Source: an uncultured Anaerolineales bacterium (lineage in GTDB: Bacteria > Chloroflexota > Anaerolineae > Anaerolineales > UBA11858). Taken from it: 64,000 bases of DNA. Numbering within the stretch: position 1 is the first letter of the stretch; each line of letters begins with the position of its first letter. Location of the stretch: positions 3,664-67,663 of the forward strand of contig CAZTJD010000002.1 of the NCBI GenBank assembly GCA_964613985.1, written 5' to 3'. A program made the position numbers and the translations under genes. Positions 48,151-57,571 of the stretch are shown piece by piece. A model generated the notes under the pieces. The model did not search any database. It was not told where the DNA came from and worked only from the letters and a program-made list of their open reading frames with translations.

Positions 48151-49335
48151 ATGATCAATCTTACACCAGCGCAAGTAGCAGGGTTCTCACCAGAACGACT
48201 GAACCGAATCACAGAAACCATGGCCGATTATGTCACCCGAGGTGACCTCGCAGGAGTAATCACTCTGGTCGAAAGGCATAGGGAAACCGTACACCTGAAT
48301 AAATGCGGCTATTGCGATCTTTCTCAAAAAAAACTAATCGAATTCGACACACTCTTTCGTATCTATTCAATGACCAAGCCAATCACCAGCGTAGCCTTGT
48401 TAATGCTTTACGAACAAGCCCGGTTCCAACTTAACGATCCGGTTCATAAATACCTGCCAGAATTCAAGGGGATCAAAGTCCTGGGCGAAAACGGGAAACT
48501 TGAGCAACCTAAAACGGATATTAGCATTCATCACCTGCTTACCCATACAGCGGGACTGACTTACGGTGTATTCCTAGAGTCGCCTGTTGACAAGATGTAC
48601 CAGGAAGCCAATATATTCGATAAGACTATTCCATTGGAAGAAATGGTACGGCGAATCGCCAACCTACCACTTTACTGCCATCCCGGGGAGAGATGGGTTT
48701 ACAGTGTAGCTACAGATTTGATCGGACGACTTGTGGAGGTGCTGGCGGGGATAAGCCTGGCGGATTATTTCCAAGAGAAGATTTTTAATCCCTTGGGCAT
48801 GGTTGACACCACTTTCTCTGTTTCATCAGAAAAAATTGGACGCCTTTCAACCTGCTACTCCGAAACAGAGAAGGACAAACTGGCTGTTCAAGACCAAGCA
48901 GAAAACTCTGCTTTCACAAATGTTAATCTGTTTTCTGGTGGTGGTGGTTTATTATCGACGCTGGAAGATTACTTGAAGTTTGCCCGAATGTTGCGAAATC
49001 AAGGAGAACTAGAGGGAACCCGCTTGCTGGGGCGAAAAACCTGGGAACTAATGACTTGCAATCACCTTCCAGCCTCCTTGTTGCCCATGCGCAACCTGCA
49101 AACCATGCCTGGGTTGGGTTTCGGCCTTGGTGTTTCGGTATTGTTGGATGTCACGGCCTTCGAGGCTTTAGGTTCTGTGGGATCTTTCGGCTGGTCAGGG
49201 ATGGCAAGCACGACCTTTTGGGTAGATCCAAAAGAAGACCTGATTGCTATCCTGCTGACCCAATATATCGCCTTGGAACCTAAACCGCTGCACTTCGAAT
49301 TCCAAAACCTTGTCTATCAAGCGCTAGTGGACTAA
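48151..49335 (+). CDS. serine hydrolase, beta-lactamase (class C/esterase) family
   Basis: SxxK motif in FRIYSMTKPITS and the overall family pattern. AAGGAG RBS upstream. Confidence 0.8.
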   Translation: MINLTPAQVAGFSPERLNRITETMADYVTRGDLAGVITLVERHRETVHLNKCGYCDLSQKKLIEFDTLFRIYSMTKPITSVALLMLYEQARFQLNDPVHKYLPEFKGIKVLGENGKLEQPKTDISIHHLLTHTAGLTYGVFLESPVDKMYQEANIFDKTIPLEEMVRRIANLPLYCHPGERWVYSVATDLIGRLVEVLAGISLADYFQEKIFNPLGMVDTTFSVSSEKIGRLSTCYSETEKDKLAVQDQAENSAFTNVNLFSGGGGLLSTLEDYLKFARMLRNQGELEGTRLLGRKTWELMTCNHLPASLLPMRNLQTMPGLGFGLGVSVLLDVTAFEALGSVGSFGWSGMASTTFWVDPKEDLIAILLTQYIALEPKPLHFEFQNLVYQALVD

Positions 49336-49413
49336 GAGGAGTCAATTATTTTGACACCTTAGGATGCGGGAGAGAGACACTGAGGAGATAATATTTCCAG
49401 TTTGGAGCTAAAA

Positions 49414-50196
49414 ATGGATCAAATCAGCAGCACAAACCGTAAGCGTTGGAATGCTTTAGCTAGAGCTAATGTAGAATGGTCTCAGCCTTTCCTGGATTTC
49501 ACCTATGAACGAGCCAAAGCGTATATCTGCCGTTATAATATTATCAAAGATGCTGCCAGGAAAAACGTGCTCTGTCTTGCCAGCGGCGGTGGACAGGATT
49601 CAGTAGCTTTTGGCTTGTTGGGTGCCAGCGTGACGGTTATGGATCTTTCTGATATCCAACTAGAGCGAGACTGGAAAGGGGCTGAACACCACAATCTGCG
49701 AGTGCAAACTATCCAGGGGGATATGCGCGATCTCTCGATTTTCGAAACAAACCACTTTGATATCGTCTGGCAGCCGTATTCAGTTAACTTTGTCCCCTCC
49801 GTAGAACTCGTTTTTAAAGAAGTTGCTCGGGTGCTGAAGCCTGCAGGAATCTACTATTTGGGATTTGCCAATCCCTTTGTCCAGTCCATCGATGATGATG
49901 CTTGGGATGGAGCTGCTTATCCTCTCAGCCGAGTTTATATTGATGGGGAGGACACAAGCCTATATTTCCCCCATTGGGATGTCTGGCAGCCGGACGGCAC
50001 CTCAATCAAAGTGGATAGCCCTCACGAGTTCCGACACACCTTGAGTACAGTCTTGAACACCATGGTGAAGAATGGCTTTATCCTGCTTCACTTGCAGGAG
50101 TACATAATAAAGGAGGAAAAACCTGAGCCTGGTTCCTGGGCTCATTTCACCCAAGTGGCTCCACCCTGGTTCGATTCATTCTGGCAATTGAAATAA
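49414..50196 (+). CDS. class I SAM-dependent methyltransferase
   Basis: VLCLASGGGQDS motif I and LKPAGIYY. GGAG precedes the ATG at 49414. Confidence 0.75.
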   Translation: MDQISSTNRKRWNALARANVEWSQPFLDFTYERAKAYICRYNIIKDAARKNVLCLASGGGQDSVAFGLLGASVTVMDLSDIQLERDWKGAEHHNLRVQTIQGDMRDLSIFETNHFDIVWQPYSVNFVPSVELVFKEVARVLKPAGIYYLGFANPFVQSIDDDAWDGAAYPLSRVYIDGEDTSLYFPHWDVWQPDGTSIKVDSPHEFRHTLSTVLNTMVKNGFILLHLQEYIIKEEKPEPGSWAHFTQVAPPWFDSFWQLK

Positions 50197-50514
50197 ATAA
50201 CTTAAATTTCAAATGGCTTAATTTTGAATTATTATATGAATAGCAACAGCTAACCAGAATATCGCACCACCTTGCGATAATCTATTTATGGTTAATCACC
50301 ATCGTTCTATCGTCATAACCTATAAGTAAAATGAAACGTCTTGAGGATCAAGAAACGGATTTTGCATATTGACAATCCCAATCCCATTCTGCTCAGCGAA
50401 CAATTCCCATAAATCCTTTTTCTCTGACGATCCACTTATTCCGATAATATCGTTTTTAGAACATTTGTGTTATAATTATATTGTAAATACCTGCCATTTT
50501 CGGAGGAATTTTTT

Positions 50515-50859
50515 ATGTCAACTCAACTTCTAGCTTCCTGCGGATTAGATTGCGGCCATTGTCCGGCATTTATCGCCACTCAGGCAAATGATATTGCGAA
50601 ATTAACATCGTTGGCGGCTGAATGGTTCGATGGATCGAATGATCACACCATCATCCTATGTGATGGAGGTAAGCCTAACGGTAGCGACGCTCGAATCATG
50701 AAGTGGTGTTCTGAATGCCCGATTCGAGCTTGCGTTTTTGAACGCAACCTGGAAAACTGTGCCTACTGCGTAGACTATGGTTGTGAAAAACTGCTTAAGG
50801 TTTTCGAGAATTCAGAGCAAGCGAAAGCGAACCTGGACCAGATACGAGCCTCTCTCTGA
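50515..50859 (+). CDS. DUF3795-like Cys-rich protein
   Basis: CGLDCGHCPAF...CSECPIRAC...CAYCVDYGC pattern. GGAGG RBS upstream. Confidence 0.65.
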   Translation: MSTQLLASCGLDCGHCPAFIATQANDIAKLTSLAAEWFDGSNDHTIILCDGGKPNGSDARIMKWCSECPIRACVFERNLENCAYCVDYGCEKLLKVFENSEQAKANLDQIRASL

Positions 50860-50955
50860 AATTCCTTCCACCTGGGAACACAAGAAGCTTGAAAAAATAT
50901 ATTTCTGCATTCAAGTTGCGTTCCACAGTCAATATCTGAACATAGGAAGAATAAA

Positions 50956-51333
50956 ATGACCAAGCGTATCATTATCGAACCTTATGACAAATATGACATC
51001 TCAACCTTCGTCATTCATAGGGGTACTGTCCACAGCGGACATTTTGGTGGAATATATGACAATGACGGTAAAAAGCTACTCACCATTGAAGATCAAACCT
51101 ATCAAACGTTTATGAACCTCAAATCGGCACTTAGTGAAATTCACCTGGATCTGGTTAATCTACTCAAAGTTACCGTAATCTTGAAGGATATCGCCGACTT
51201 TCAGGGGATGCATATTGTCTGGAAACGGATTTTCAATGGTTGCTATCCCGCCAGGACCACAATCACCAGTCAATTTGTGGATGCAGATTGCCTGATCCAG
51301 ATTGAGGCAGTCGCTGCCATTGGCAAGGGTTAA
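50956..51333 (+). CDS. RidA/YjgF family protein
   Basis: QTYQTFMNLKSAL...KVTVILKDIADF...PARTTI...IQIEAVA pattern. Confidence 0.75.
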   Translation: MTKRIIIEPYDKYDISTFVIHRGTVHSGHFGGIYDNDGKKLLTIEDQTYQTFMNLKSALSEIHLDLVNLLKVTVILKDIADFQGMHIVWKRIFNGCYPARTTITSQFVDADCLIQIEAVAAIGKG

Positions 51334-51343
51334 GGAGGTTGAC

Positions 51344-51949
51344 GTGAAGATTCAAGATTGTATTGGTTGTATTTCTTTCCCCTGCCTTGATGTGAACCAC
51401 AGCGGTTATATTCTACCTGAAATCGATTTACAACCTGAAAGAGTGTCCCTGGTCGTCATCTCTGAAGCCGCACCAGAGGATCCTATAGATTATTACTATG
51501 CTCCAGGGCAGTCCCTATTCCAGCAAAATACGATGCAGGCATTTAAGTTAGGCGGAGTGGATGTTGATTCCTTTCAAAAACTATTGGCAATGGGTATATA
51601 TTTCACTACCGCAGTGAAATGTGCCAAGACGGGATATGGTATCAAGTCGGGTACGATCAAGGAATGCAGTGCCATCCTGGAACAGGAACTCGATCTTTTT
51701 CCCAGGGTAAAAACCTTCTTGTTAATGGGGGATGTAGCGATCAAGGCTGTAAATTACATCGCTAGGCGTAGAGAAGGGGAACATGCGGTAACACCAGGAT
51801 CAACCTACAAGATCCGAGGTGGAAAATTTTATTTTCGCGGCGCTCGAGTCTTTCCTTCTTACCTGCAAGTTGGACCAAGTTTCGGTATTGAAAAGAGTAA
51901 GCAGAAGATGATTGGGGAAGATATCGCCGCAGCGATTTCTCTGTTATGA
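51344..51949 (+). CDS. uracil-DNA glycosylase superfamily protein (non-canonical motif A)
   Basis: GGAGG followed by GTG at 51344. VVISEAAP stands in place of GEAPG. Also IYFTTAVKC and LLMGDVA. Confidence 0.55.
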   Translation: MKIQDCIGCISFPCLDVNHSGYILPEIDLQPERVSLVVISEAAPEDPIDYYYAPGQSLFQQNTMQAFKLGGVDVDSFQKLLAMGIYFTTAVKCAKTGYGIKSGTIKECSAILEQELDLFPRVKTFLLMGDVAIKAVNYIARRREGEHAVTPGSTYKIRGGKFYFRGARVFPSYLQVGPSFGIEKSKQKMIGEDIAAAISLL

Positions 51950-52254
51950 CCCTCTACACCTATCTCATTCCTCGCTGCGCGTGGTTCCAGTATTTGCGGG
52001 AAACGGAGAAGCTGCCGGGATTACAGCAACCTGGGATGTGTAACAGGGCATATCTCCACGCAAGGTTGATTGAAAATAATTGAAGGAAGCGGTTTTTTCG
52101 ATTGAGAACCAAATGTCAAAGTATAATTCTTTGATCCTGAGCATCACACAACAAGGCTAAAGAGATATAATAACCATATTTGAACATAAGCGATCCAGGT
52201 TAGATGTGGTTTTTCTCGAAAATCAAAGGATAATAACGAACAGCGGAGGTCATT

Positions 52255-53028
52255 GTGGATAGAAAAGCATATGCAACCCAGATTTGGCCTTTCCGGGTAT
52301 CTTTTGGAAAAGATATGCCCGGAACCATGGAGAAAATTGCCCAAATCGGATTTTCCGGTGTGGAACTGTGCCGTTGGTTCGACTGGACAGATTTATTTGA
52401 TAAATGGACTGCTGAAGAGATCCTTGACAATAGCAAACGGGTGGGATTAGAGATCATCAGCGCTCATATTCCCTATTACATGATCCTGAAGGACAGGCTA
52501 GATGAACTAACCGATTTTTGCCAAATTATGGGGATGAATTTCGCCGTAGTTGCATCGCTGCCACATGATTCATACGCATCAAAATTTACACTGGAAGAAG
52601 TCGCAGCTACATTCAATAAGGCTTCCTCGATCTTAAATCCCAGAGGAATTCGTATCGGATACCACTGTCACGGCGGTGATTTTATAACGATTGAGGGGGC
52701 AATTCCTTGGGAAATCATCTTTGACAACACCAACCCGGATATTGTCATGCAGCTGGATATTGGCAATACTCTTCATGGAAATGCAGATCCAATTTTTTAT
52801 CTACAAAAATACCCGGGGAGGGCAACACTAGTGCACTTGAAAGAGTATCACCCGCAGACACCCCCTGCTGCACTTGGGGATGGCATAATCGATTGGTCGA
52901 AAGTGCTCACCCTTTGTGAGGATCTCCATCAGCCAGCCTGGTACATTATCGAACAGGAAGAAGAAGAATACGATCCCTGGTATTGCGCTGAACGGAGTCT
53001 TGAATACCTACGGTCAATAGGCTGGTAA
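52255..53028 (+). CDS. sugar phosphate isomerase/epimerase (xylose isomerase-like TIM barrel)
   Basis: GFSGVELC...GIRIGYHCHG...VHLKE pattern. GGAGG RBS and a GTG start. Confidence 0.7.
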   Translation: MDRKAYATQIWPFRVSFGKDMPGTMEKIAQIGFSGVELCRWFDWTDLFDKWTAEEILDNSKRVGLEIISAHIPYYMILKDRLDELTDFCQIMGMNFAVVASLPHDSYASKFTLEEVAATFNKASSILNPRGIRIGYHCHGGDFITIEGAIPWEIIFDNTNPDIVMQLDIGNTLHGNADPIFYLQKYPGRATLVHLKEYHPQTPPAALGDGIIDWSKVLTLCEDLHQPAWYIIEQEEEEYDPWYCAERSLEYLRSIGW

Positions 53029-53075
53029 TTTTCCTTAAAAAATTACCTGTGGGGAGGAAAATAGGGGCAATGTGG

Positions 53076-53249
53076 TCATCCAGAAAACAACTGACAAGCA
53101 TCTTCAACACATTCTAATGAACCGACAATCGTAATGTGGTCACCAAGACCCAATTTTGTTTCCCCTTTAGGAACCATTAGCTGCTCATCCTTACGTAAAA
53201 CTGCTATCATCAAATCCCCAGGAAGGTCCAAAACATTCTTTTCAGAAAT
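53076..53249 (-). pseudogene. orphan TrkA-C (RCK C-terminal) domain fragment
   Basis: The minus-strand frame reads ISEKNVLDLPGDLMIAVLRKDEQLMVPKGETKLGLGDHITIVGSLECVEDACQLFSG*. TAA and TAG codons lie directly upstream and there is no N-terminal part. Confidence 0.55.
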
Positions 53250-53312
53250 CTATTAATTCGGATGTTTTTTTATCCTGGTCGATATTATCTTTTCATTTTT
53301 AATTGGATTAAC

Positions 53313-53665
53313 TTATCCATGTGTATTAAATAGATATATTAGTAGTCATAGTAGGTATTGGGGATATGTGGATTGATGAACTAGAATGAGCTAATGCTCC
53401 TAATTATGGGAGGACGCAGAAATTTTGCCTCATATGTGGGGGTTAGAGATACTTTGTTTATCCACACTCAAACATGGGATAAAGTTTTATTATTTTTCTG
53501 CCTAATCCACAAAGAAAGCATATTTTGGATATTTGGTGGATGAAAACTTACCCCTCCTATATATGGGGGTTGTGCTGGAAAATTTCATTGAACAAAATGG
53601 ACAAGTTTTCCCCAATTAATCTTAGTTATCCACAGTTTTTTGCTAGTTATCCACATATTTTTCAA
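53313..53665 (+). promoter_or_regulatory. DnaA-box cluster in an AT-rich intergenic region (candidate oriC or DnaA-titration/regulatory site)
   Basis: Perfect TTATCCACA at 53458-53466, 53636-53644 and 53657-53665. One 1-mismatch box is at 53503-53511. Three 2-mismatch boxes are at 53313-53321, 53367-53375 (rc) and 53535-53543 (rc). Confidence 0.6.
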
Positions 53666-53811
53666 TAAAAGAAGGGTGTTTTTTCTTCTAGCTACCTACA
53701 ATTAACGAAAGAGTAGGGGGATGTTGCAAATGGAATTTAACCATTTACAGGAGAAAGGTAAGTAAGTATAATGTAATTAGATAAATATCTAAATTTGATT
53801 ATTACCTAATT

Positions 53812-54873
53812 ATGAAGCATCAAGAAATACTTTGGGATTGGGGAACTGCGTATGATCTTTTTTGCAGCCTGCGTGTTTTACACGAACCAGGGCATTATGG
53901 TCTGCGACCCTCCTGGGCAGCAGGTGTTCGCTCGCGGCTTCCAAACGAACATCGCAAAATATTAGAACAGGTACATAGCTTCTTGTTTGTCCCTAAAAAA
54001 TGGATTTATGGTCTACCATTGCAAGAAGAAGATACGCCAAAAGATGGGAATACGATTCTATGGTTCTTGAGTCAATTACCCCCTGAAGATCGTTTGATTC
54101 ATTTAATAGCAAGCAGCGGTTCAACAAAGGATGTTGTAAATATCTTGCAAGAAATTTCTCTTCATAGATCTTTTTCATCCAATGATCTGGATAACTTACG
54201 AGATGCTTATTCCCCCGATAAAACCAGGCCTCGCTTAAAAAGTATTACAGAAATGGCGGGGCTGGTTTCTCAAGCCGCAGAATCAGGAGTTAATTATCTA
54301 AATGCCTTGAGAGCATATCAAAGAGTCTTTTTTGCAGAAGAAGAAAATCGAATCAAACCAGCTCTAAAAAGGTCAATGTTAGAGGCGAAAAAACAGGCAT
54401 CACGACTATCTCTAGAAGACTTAATCGAATCATTATCGCGTGGAGTTCGAATCGGGATAGAACCTGCGATCAAACAACTGGTTTTTATCCCCTCTTATTG
54501 GATTTCTCCATTAGTTTCTTTCGACCGGGTATATGGTGATACGGCATTTTTCATTTTTGGAGGACGACCTGCGGATGTGTCCTTGGTTCCAGGAGACATG
54601 ATCCCGGAAGGTTTACTGCGATCGTTCAAAGCAATGGGAGATCCTACCCGGTTGCGGATCCTAAAGTACTTGGCACAGGAGAATATCACACCAGCAGAAA
54701 TAGCACGAAGGTTACGATTACGGGCACCTACAGTAACTCATCACCTAAATGTCCTTCGGTTGGCTGGGTTGGTGAACCTGACTCTTCTTGAAGAGGGAAA
54801 TGAGAGGCATTACACGGCTAGAAAAGAATCGATGAAAGATATACTAACCGATTTGGATTCCTTTCTGGAATAG
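53812..54873 (+). CDS. ArsR/SmtB family transcriptional regulator with large N-terminal domain
   Basis: C-terminal wHTH FKAMGDPTRLRILKYLAQENITPAEIARRLRLRAPTVTHHLNVLRLAGLV. Confidence 0.8.
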   Translation: MKHQEILWDWGTAYDLFCSLRVLHEPGHYGLRPSWAAGVRSRLPNEHRKILEQVHSFLFVPKKWIYGLPLQEEDTPKDGNTILWFLSQLPPEDRLIHLIASSGSTKDVVNILQEISLHRSFSSNDLDNLRDAYSPDKTRPRLKSITEMAGLVSQAAESGVNYLNALRAYQRVFFAEEENRIKPALKRSMLEAKKQASRLSLEDLIESLSRGVRIGIEPAIKQLVFIPSYWISPLVSFDRVYGDTAFFIFGGRPADVSLVPGDMIPEGLLRSFKAMGDPTRLRILKYLAQENITPAEIARRLRLRAPTVTHHLNVLRLAGLVNLTLLEEGNERHYTARKESMKDILTDLDSFLE

Positions 54874-54955
54874 AATTCAGACTATTAACTTGCCTTATTG
54901 AGATGTGGGTTATTTGAACTGATGTTACCTAAGTTACTCAGCGCTTCGCCAACGA

Positions 54956-55534
54956 ATGTCATTCATGATTATATCGGAACTGCGCATGTTTCGATTGAAT
55001 GCTCGCTTGTACCTGTTCAATGTTGTTGTTTCAGGCGTTTCTATGGGCGTATATAGGCTTTTATTTAATTTTTAAGCCCTTAGTTTAGGTTTTGATGAAG
55101 CAATCTTGGGTCGTCTGGTAATGACAAGCAGTTTAACTTCCTTGTTGGTGGCTCTACCGGTGGGATACTTGGCTGACATTTTGGGACGCAAACGATCTCT
55201 GATGATTCTGGGATTTTCACCTTGGTTTTGGTTAAGCGCTGGTGCTTATTATGTCCGGTTAACGTTAATGAACTTAAGAAACCCCGTATACCAGACCTTT
55301 GTCATAGAAAATGCGGACCCTGAAGCCCGCGCTACGGTTGCCAGCCTGACCAGTATTGCCTGGAGTTTTGGGTGGGCTTTCAATCCAACGATTAGTGGTG
55401 AATTTCAGATTGCGAATGGATTTGGTCCACCTTTTCTCGGCATAATTATCTTATACAGCTTTGCTAATTTCCTTTACTGGATTTTCTTTTGGGGACGAAA
55501 GCCGAAGGGGGAAATAGCGTCTGTTACCAAGTAA
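54956..55534 (+). pseudogene. decayed MFS transporter paralog (premature TAA plus large internal deletion)
   Basis: Reads MSFMIISELRMFRLNARLYLFNVVVSGVSMGVYRLLFNF*ALSLGFDEAILGRLV..., collinear with the N-terminus of the downstream MFS gene. It then jumps directly to its C-terminal segment (LGFSPWFWLSAGAYYVRLTLMNLRNPVYQTF...). The stop is at 55073-55075. Confidence 0.75.
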
Positions 55535-55575
55535 AGAATATTGGCTGAAAATATTCTCGAGGAACTCAAGAATAA

Positions 55576-56856
55576 ATGATAAACGAATTTAAAAATAGGG
55601 TTGGAAATTTCCTACAGGAATATATATACCAGATCAGGCTTTTCAAGAAAAATGCCAGGCTTTACCTGCTTACGGTCTTGATAACTGGGGCGACGATGGG
55701 CGTTTACCGCTTGTTGTTTAATTTTTATGTTCTCAGTCTTGGACATGATGAAGCAGTCTTGGGTAATCTGATTACCACGAACCAGATGACGGCCCTGCTG
55801 CTGGCATTACCCATGGGGTTTGTAGTTGATCGTTTTGGAAGAAAAAAGGCCTTAATAACTCGTAGTCTTTTTTTAACAAGCTCTATTTTGGGAGTTGCCT
55901 TGTTCCCGACACTCGCTGTTTTCTATGCTATGAATGTAGTTTTTGGCGTGGTGCAAAGTTTGTCAGCTGTAGCTACCGCACCTTTCTTAATGGAGAACAG
56001 TGGGGAGGAAGAACGCACCTACCTATTTAGCTTCACTTCGGGGTTGCAGATGGGTTCTGTTTTTGTAGGGAATTGGTTGGGTGGGTATTTACCATCCTGG
56101 GTGGGTGCATTTCGAGGGTTTGACCCAACCAGCAGTTTCGCTTACGGTGGTTCCCTACTCGCAGTCTCTTTGGTGGCGATCATAGGTTTCATTCCTCTCA
56201 TATTTATAAGACCGGTTAAGTTGCATGGGAGGCAGAACAAGAACTTTTCTCCTCTGGAATTTACACGCAACCATCCCAAACTTTTAAGCAAAATCCTAAT
56301 TCCTACGCTTTTTATTTCAATAGGGGCGGGTTTATTCATCCCCTTCATGAATGTGTTCTTCCGGGTTGTGCATGGCCAGTCAGACCAGGTAATCGGTACA
56401 TTATTTGCTTGGGGGTCGTTAGCAATGGGCATTGGCTTAATGATTGCACCACCGATAGCAGAGAGGCTTGGAAAAATCCAGCTTGTGATGCTTACCCAGG
56501 GGCTTGCAATTCCCTTTATGATTTTATTGGGATTCTCACCGGTTTTTGGAATGAGTGCTGGCGCTTACTACATCCGAATGGCTTTAATGAATATGAGCAA
56601 TCCCATTTACCAGACCTTCATAATGGAACAGGTCGATGCAACCTCTAGAGCTACCGTTGCCAGCCTTTACAGTATGGTCTGGAGTTTTGGAAGGGCTTTT
56701 AGCCCAAGCATCAGTGGTTGGTTACAAGTGACATATGGGTTTGACCCTGTATTTGGAGGAGCGATTGTACTTTATGCAATTGCGATTACTTTATATTGGG
56801 TTTTCTTCTTGCGTCCGGTTCAGAAGAGAGAGACTCTGACCTTGCAGGGGGATTAG
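55576..56856 (+). CDS. MFS transporter
   Basis: About 12 TM segments and a DRFGRKK motif between TM2 and TM3. Confidence 0.85.
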   Translation: MINEFKNRVGNFLQEYIYQIRLFKKNARLYLLTVLITGATMGVYRLLFNFYVLSLGHDEAVLGNLITTNQMTALLLALPMGFVVDRFGRKKALITRSLFLTSSILGVALFPTLAVFYAMNVVFGVVQSLSAVATAPFLMENSGEEERTYLFSFTSGLQMGSVFVGNWLGGYLPSWVGAFRGFDPTSSFAYGGSLLAVSLVAIIGFIPLIFIRPVKLHGRQNKNFSPLEFTRNHPKLLSKILIPTLFISIGAGLFIPFMNVFFRVVHGQSDQVIGTLFAWGSLAMGIGLMIAPPIAERLGKIQLVMLTQGLAIPFMILLGFSPVFGMSAGAYYIRMALMNMSNPIYQTFIMEQVDATSRATVASLYSMVWSFGRAFSPSISGWLQVTYGFDPVFGGAIVLYAIAITLYWVFFLRPVQKRETLTLQGD

Positions 56857-57041
56857 GCTGTTCGGTACTAGGCTAATTCTCACGAAATAGTGGTCAATGG
56901 ATACATCATCTTAGATTAAAAAACCATGGATAGGCTTAACCAATCAATCAAATTTTGTAACCTTTTCCATGGTTTTGCATCCGAAGTTATAATGGCACCC
57001 AAGGTGCCTGGACAAAACAAACAATCTTGGAGGTTTCTTTT

Positions 57042-57449
57042 ATGGAAATGGTAATTGATTTCCCAGGTGGGGCTCGCGTTGACGCTCACTTTAACTCATA
57101 CACAGTGAAAACGGACCAATCTCCAATGGGTGGAGGCGATGGTTCAGCCCCAACCCCCTTTTCAATATTTCTGGCTTCGTTGGGGACCTGTGCTGGAATT
57201 TACGTATTGGGATTCTGCAAACAAAGAGGTATATCCACTGATGGAATCCGGATCGTGCAAAGGGACATCCCAGACATCGTCAATCACGGCATGGTAGGTA
57301 CGGTGCAATTAGAGATTCAAGTACCGCCAGAGTTTCCTAAAAAGTATTTTGATGCTTTGGTCCGATCCGCAGAACAATGTGCAGTAAAGAAACACCTGGA
57401 AAAACCACCCGTATTTGAGATTTATACAAAAGCAGTGGAGTTAGCTTAG
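57042..57449 (+). CDS. OsmC family protein
   Basis: APTPFSIFLASLGTCAGIY and a second Cys region (AEQCAVKKHL). GGAGG RBS upstream. Confidence 0.75.
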   Translation: MEMVIDFPGGARVDAHFNSYTVKTDQSPMGGGDGSAPTPFSIFLASLGTCAGIYVLGFCKQRGISTDGIRIVQRDIPDIVNHGMVGTVQLEIQVPPEFPKKYFDALVRSAEQCAVKKHLEKPPVFEIYTKAVELA

Positions 57450-57469
57450 TTTTTACCCCTAACCTTTAG

Positions 57470-57500
57470 CCCCTCTCCAACCGGGAGAGGGGGTTTATAT
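57470..57500 (+). terminator. hairpin CCCCTCTCC/GGAGAGGGG followed by a T-rich tract (terminator; also a member of a short repeat family)
   Basis: A 9-bp GC stem with a 5-nt loop, followed by GTTTATATTT, directly after the OsmC stop. Confidence 0.6.
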
Positions 57501-57571
57501 TTAAGTGGGCTTGAGACACCAAAATTCTAGAAATAATAACCCGTTTTACCACGTACTGATAAATTCTATTC

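Noticed and set aside
50230-50460. Minus-strand frame …NDIIGISGSSEKKDLWELFAEQNGIGIVNMQNPFLDPQDVSFYL* continuing after a frameshift as IGYDDRTMVINHK*
   Set aside because: It looks like the C-terminal remnant of a decayed gene. It has no start codon, needs a frameshift, and I cannot name the family with confidence. I noted it but did not call it as a feature.
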